DNA from: Eledone cirrhosa
Taxonomy: Eukaryota
Assembly (NCBI GenBank): GCA_964016885.1
Contig: OZ024755.1
Coordinates: 41,602,001-41,666,000 of the forward strand
DNA length: 64,000 bases
Reading direction: 5' to 3'
In this document: piece after piece, positions 63,920 through 64,000 of the stretch
Numbering within the stretch: the stretch's first letter is position 1
How the letters are laid out: each line of letters begins with the position of its first letter
Made by a program: the position numbers and the translations under genes
The notes under the pieces: generated by a model
The model's input: the letters and a program-made list of their open reading frames with translations, nothing else
Database searches by the model: none
What the model was told of the DNA's origin: nothing

Positions 63920-64000
63920 GGTAAATTCTCATTATTAGGTAAATTCTCACGCCTTTTCTTTATACGGAAAAATAAAGGAATGAAAGCCTTTTCTCGGTTG

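Overview
Eukaryotic, AT-rich, microsatellite-saturated genomic DNA. The SINE family and repeat landscape look like an octopod cephalopod; this is inference, not proven. One host gene can be reconstructed: a minus-strand ETS-family transcription factor (EHF/ELF3/ELF5-like) with 7 phase-compatible coding exons between 58079 and 35626 (~248 aa) and a TATA promoter near 58590. The rest is retroelements that each sit in a particular simple repeat. Two Tx1/L1-clade LINEs lie in (CCTA)n and a sister Tx1 lineage lies in (ATT)n. One intact and five truncated R4/Dong-type RLE LINEs are stacked in (TAA)n. Many Penelope-like 3' ends carrying hammerhead ribozyme motifs lie in (AT)n, often as fold-back palindromes. 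There are also RTE fragments, a tRNA-derived SINE whose 3' end resembles the Tx1 3' end, and minisatellites amplified from that SINE's promoter boxes. All calls are by eye from the sequence and ORF track; repeat boundaries are approximate and no database search was run.
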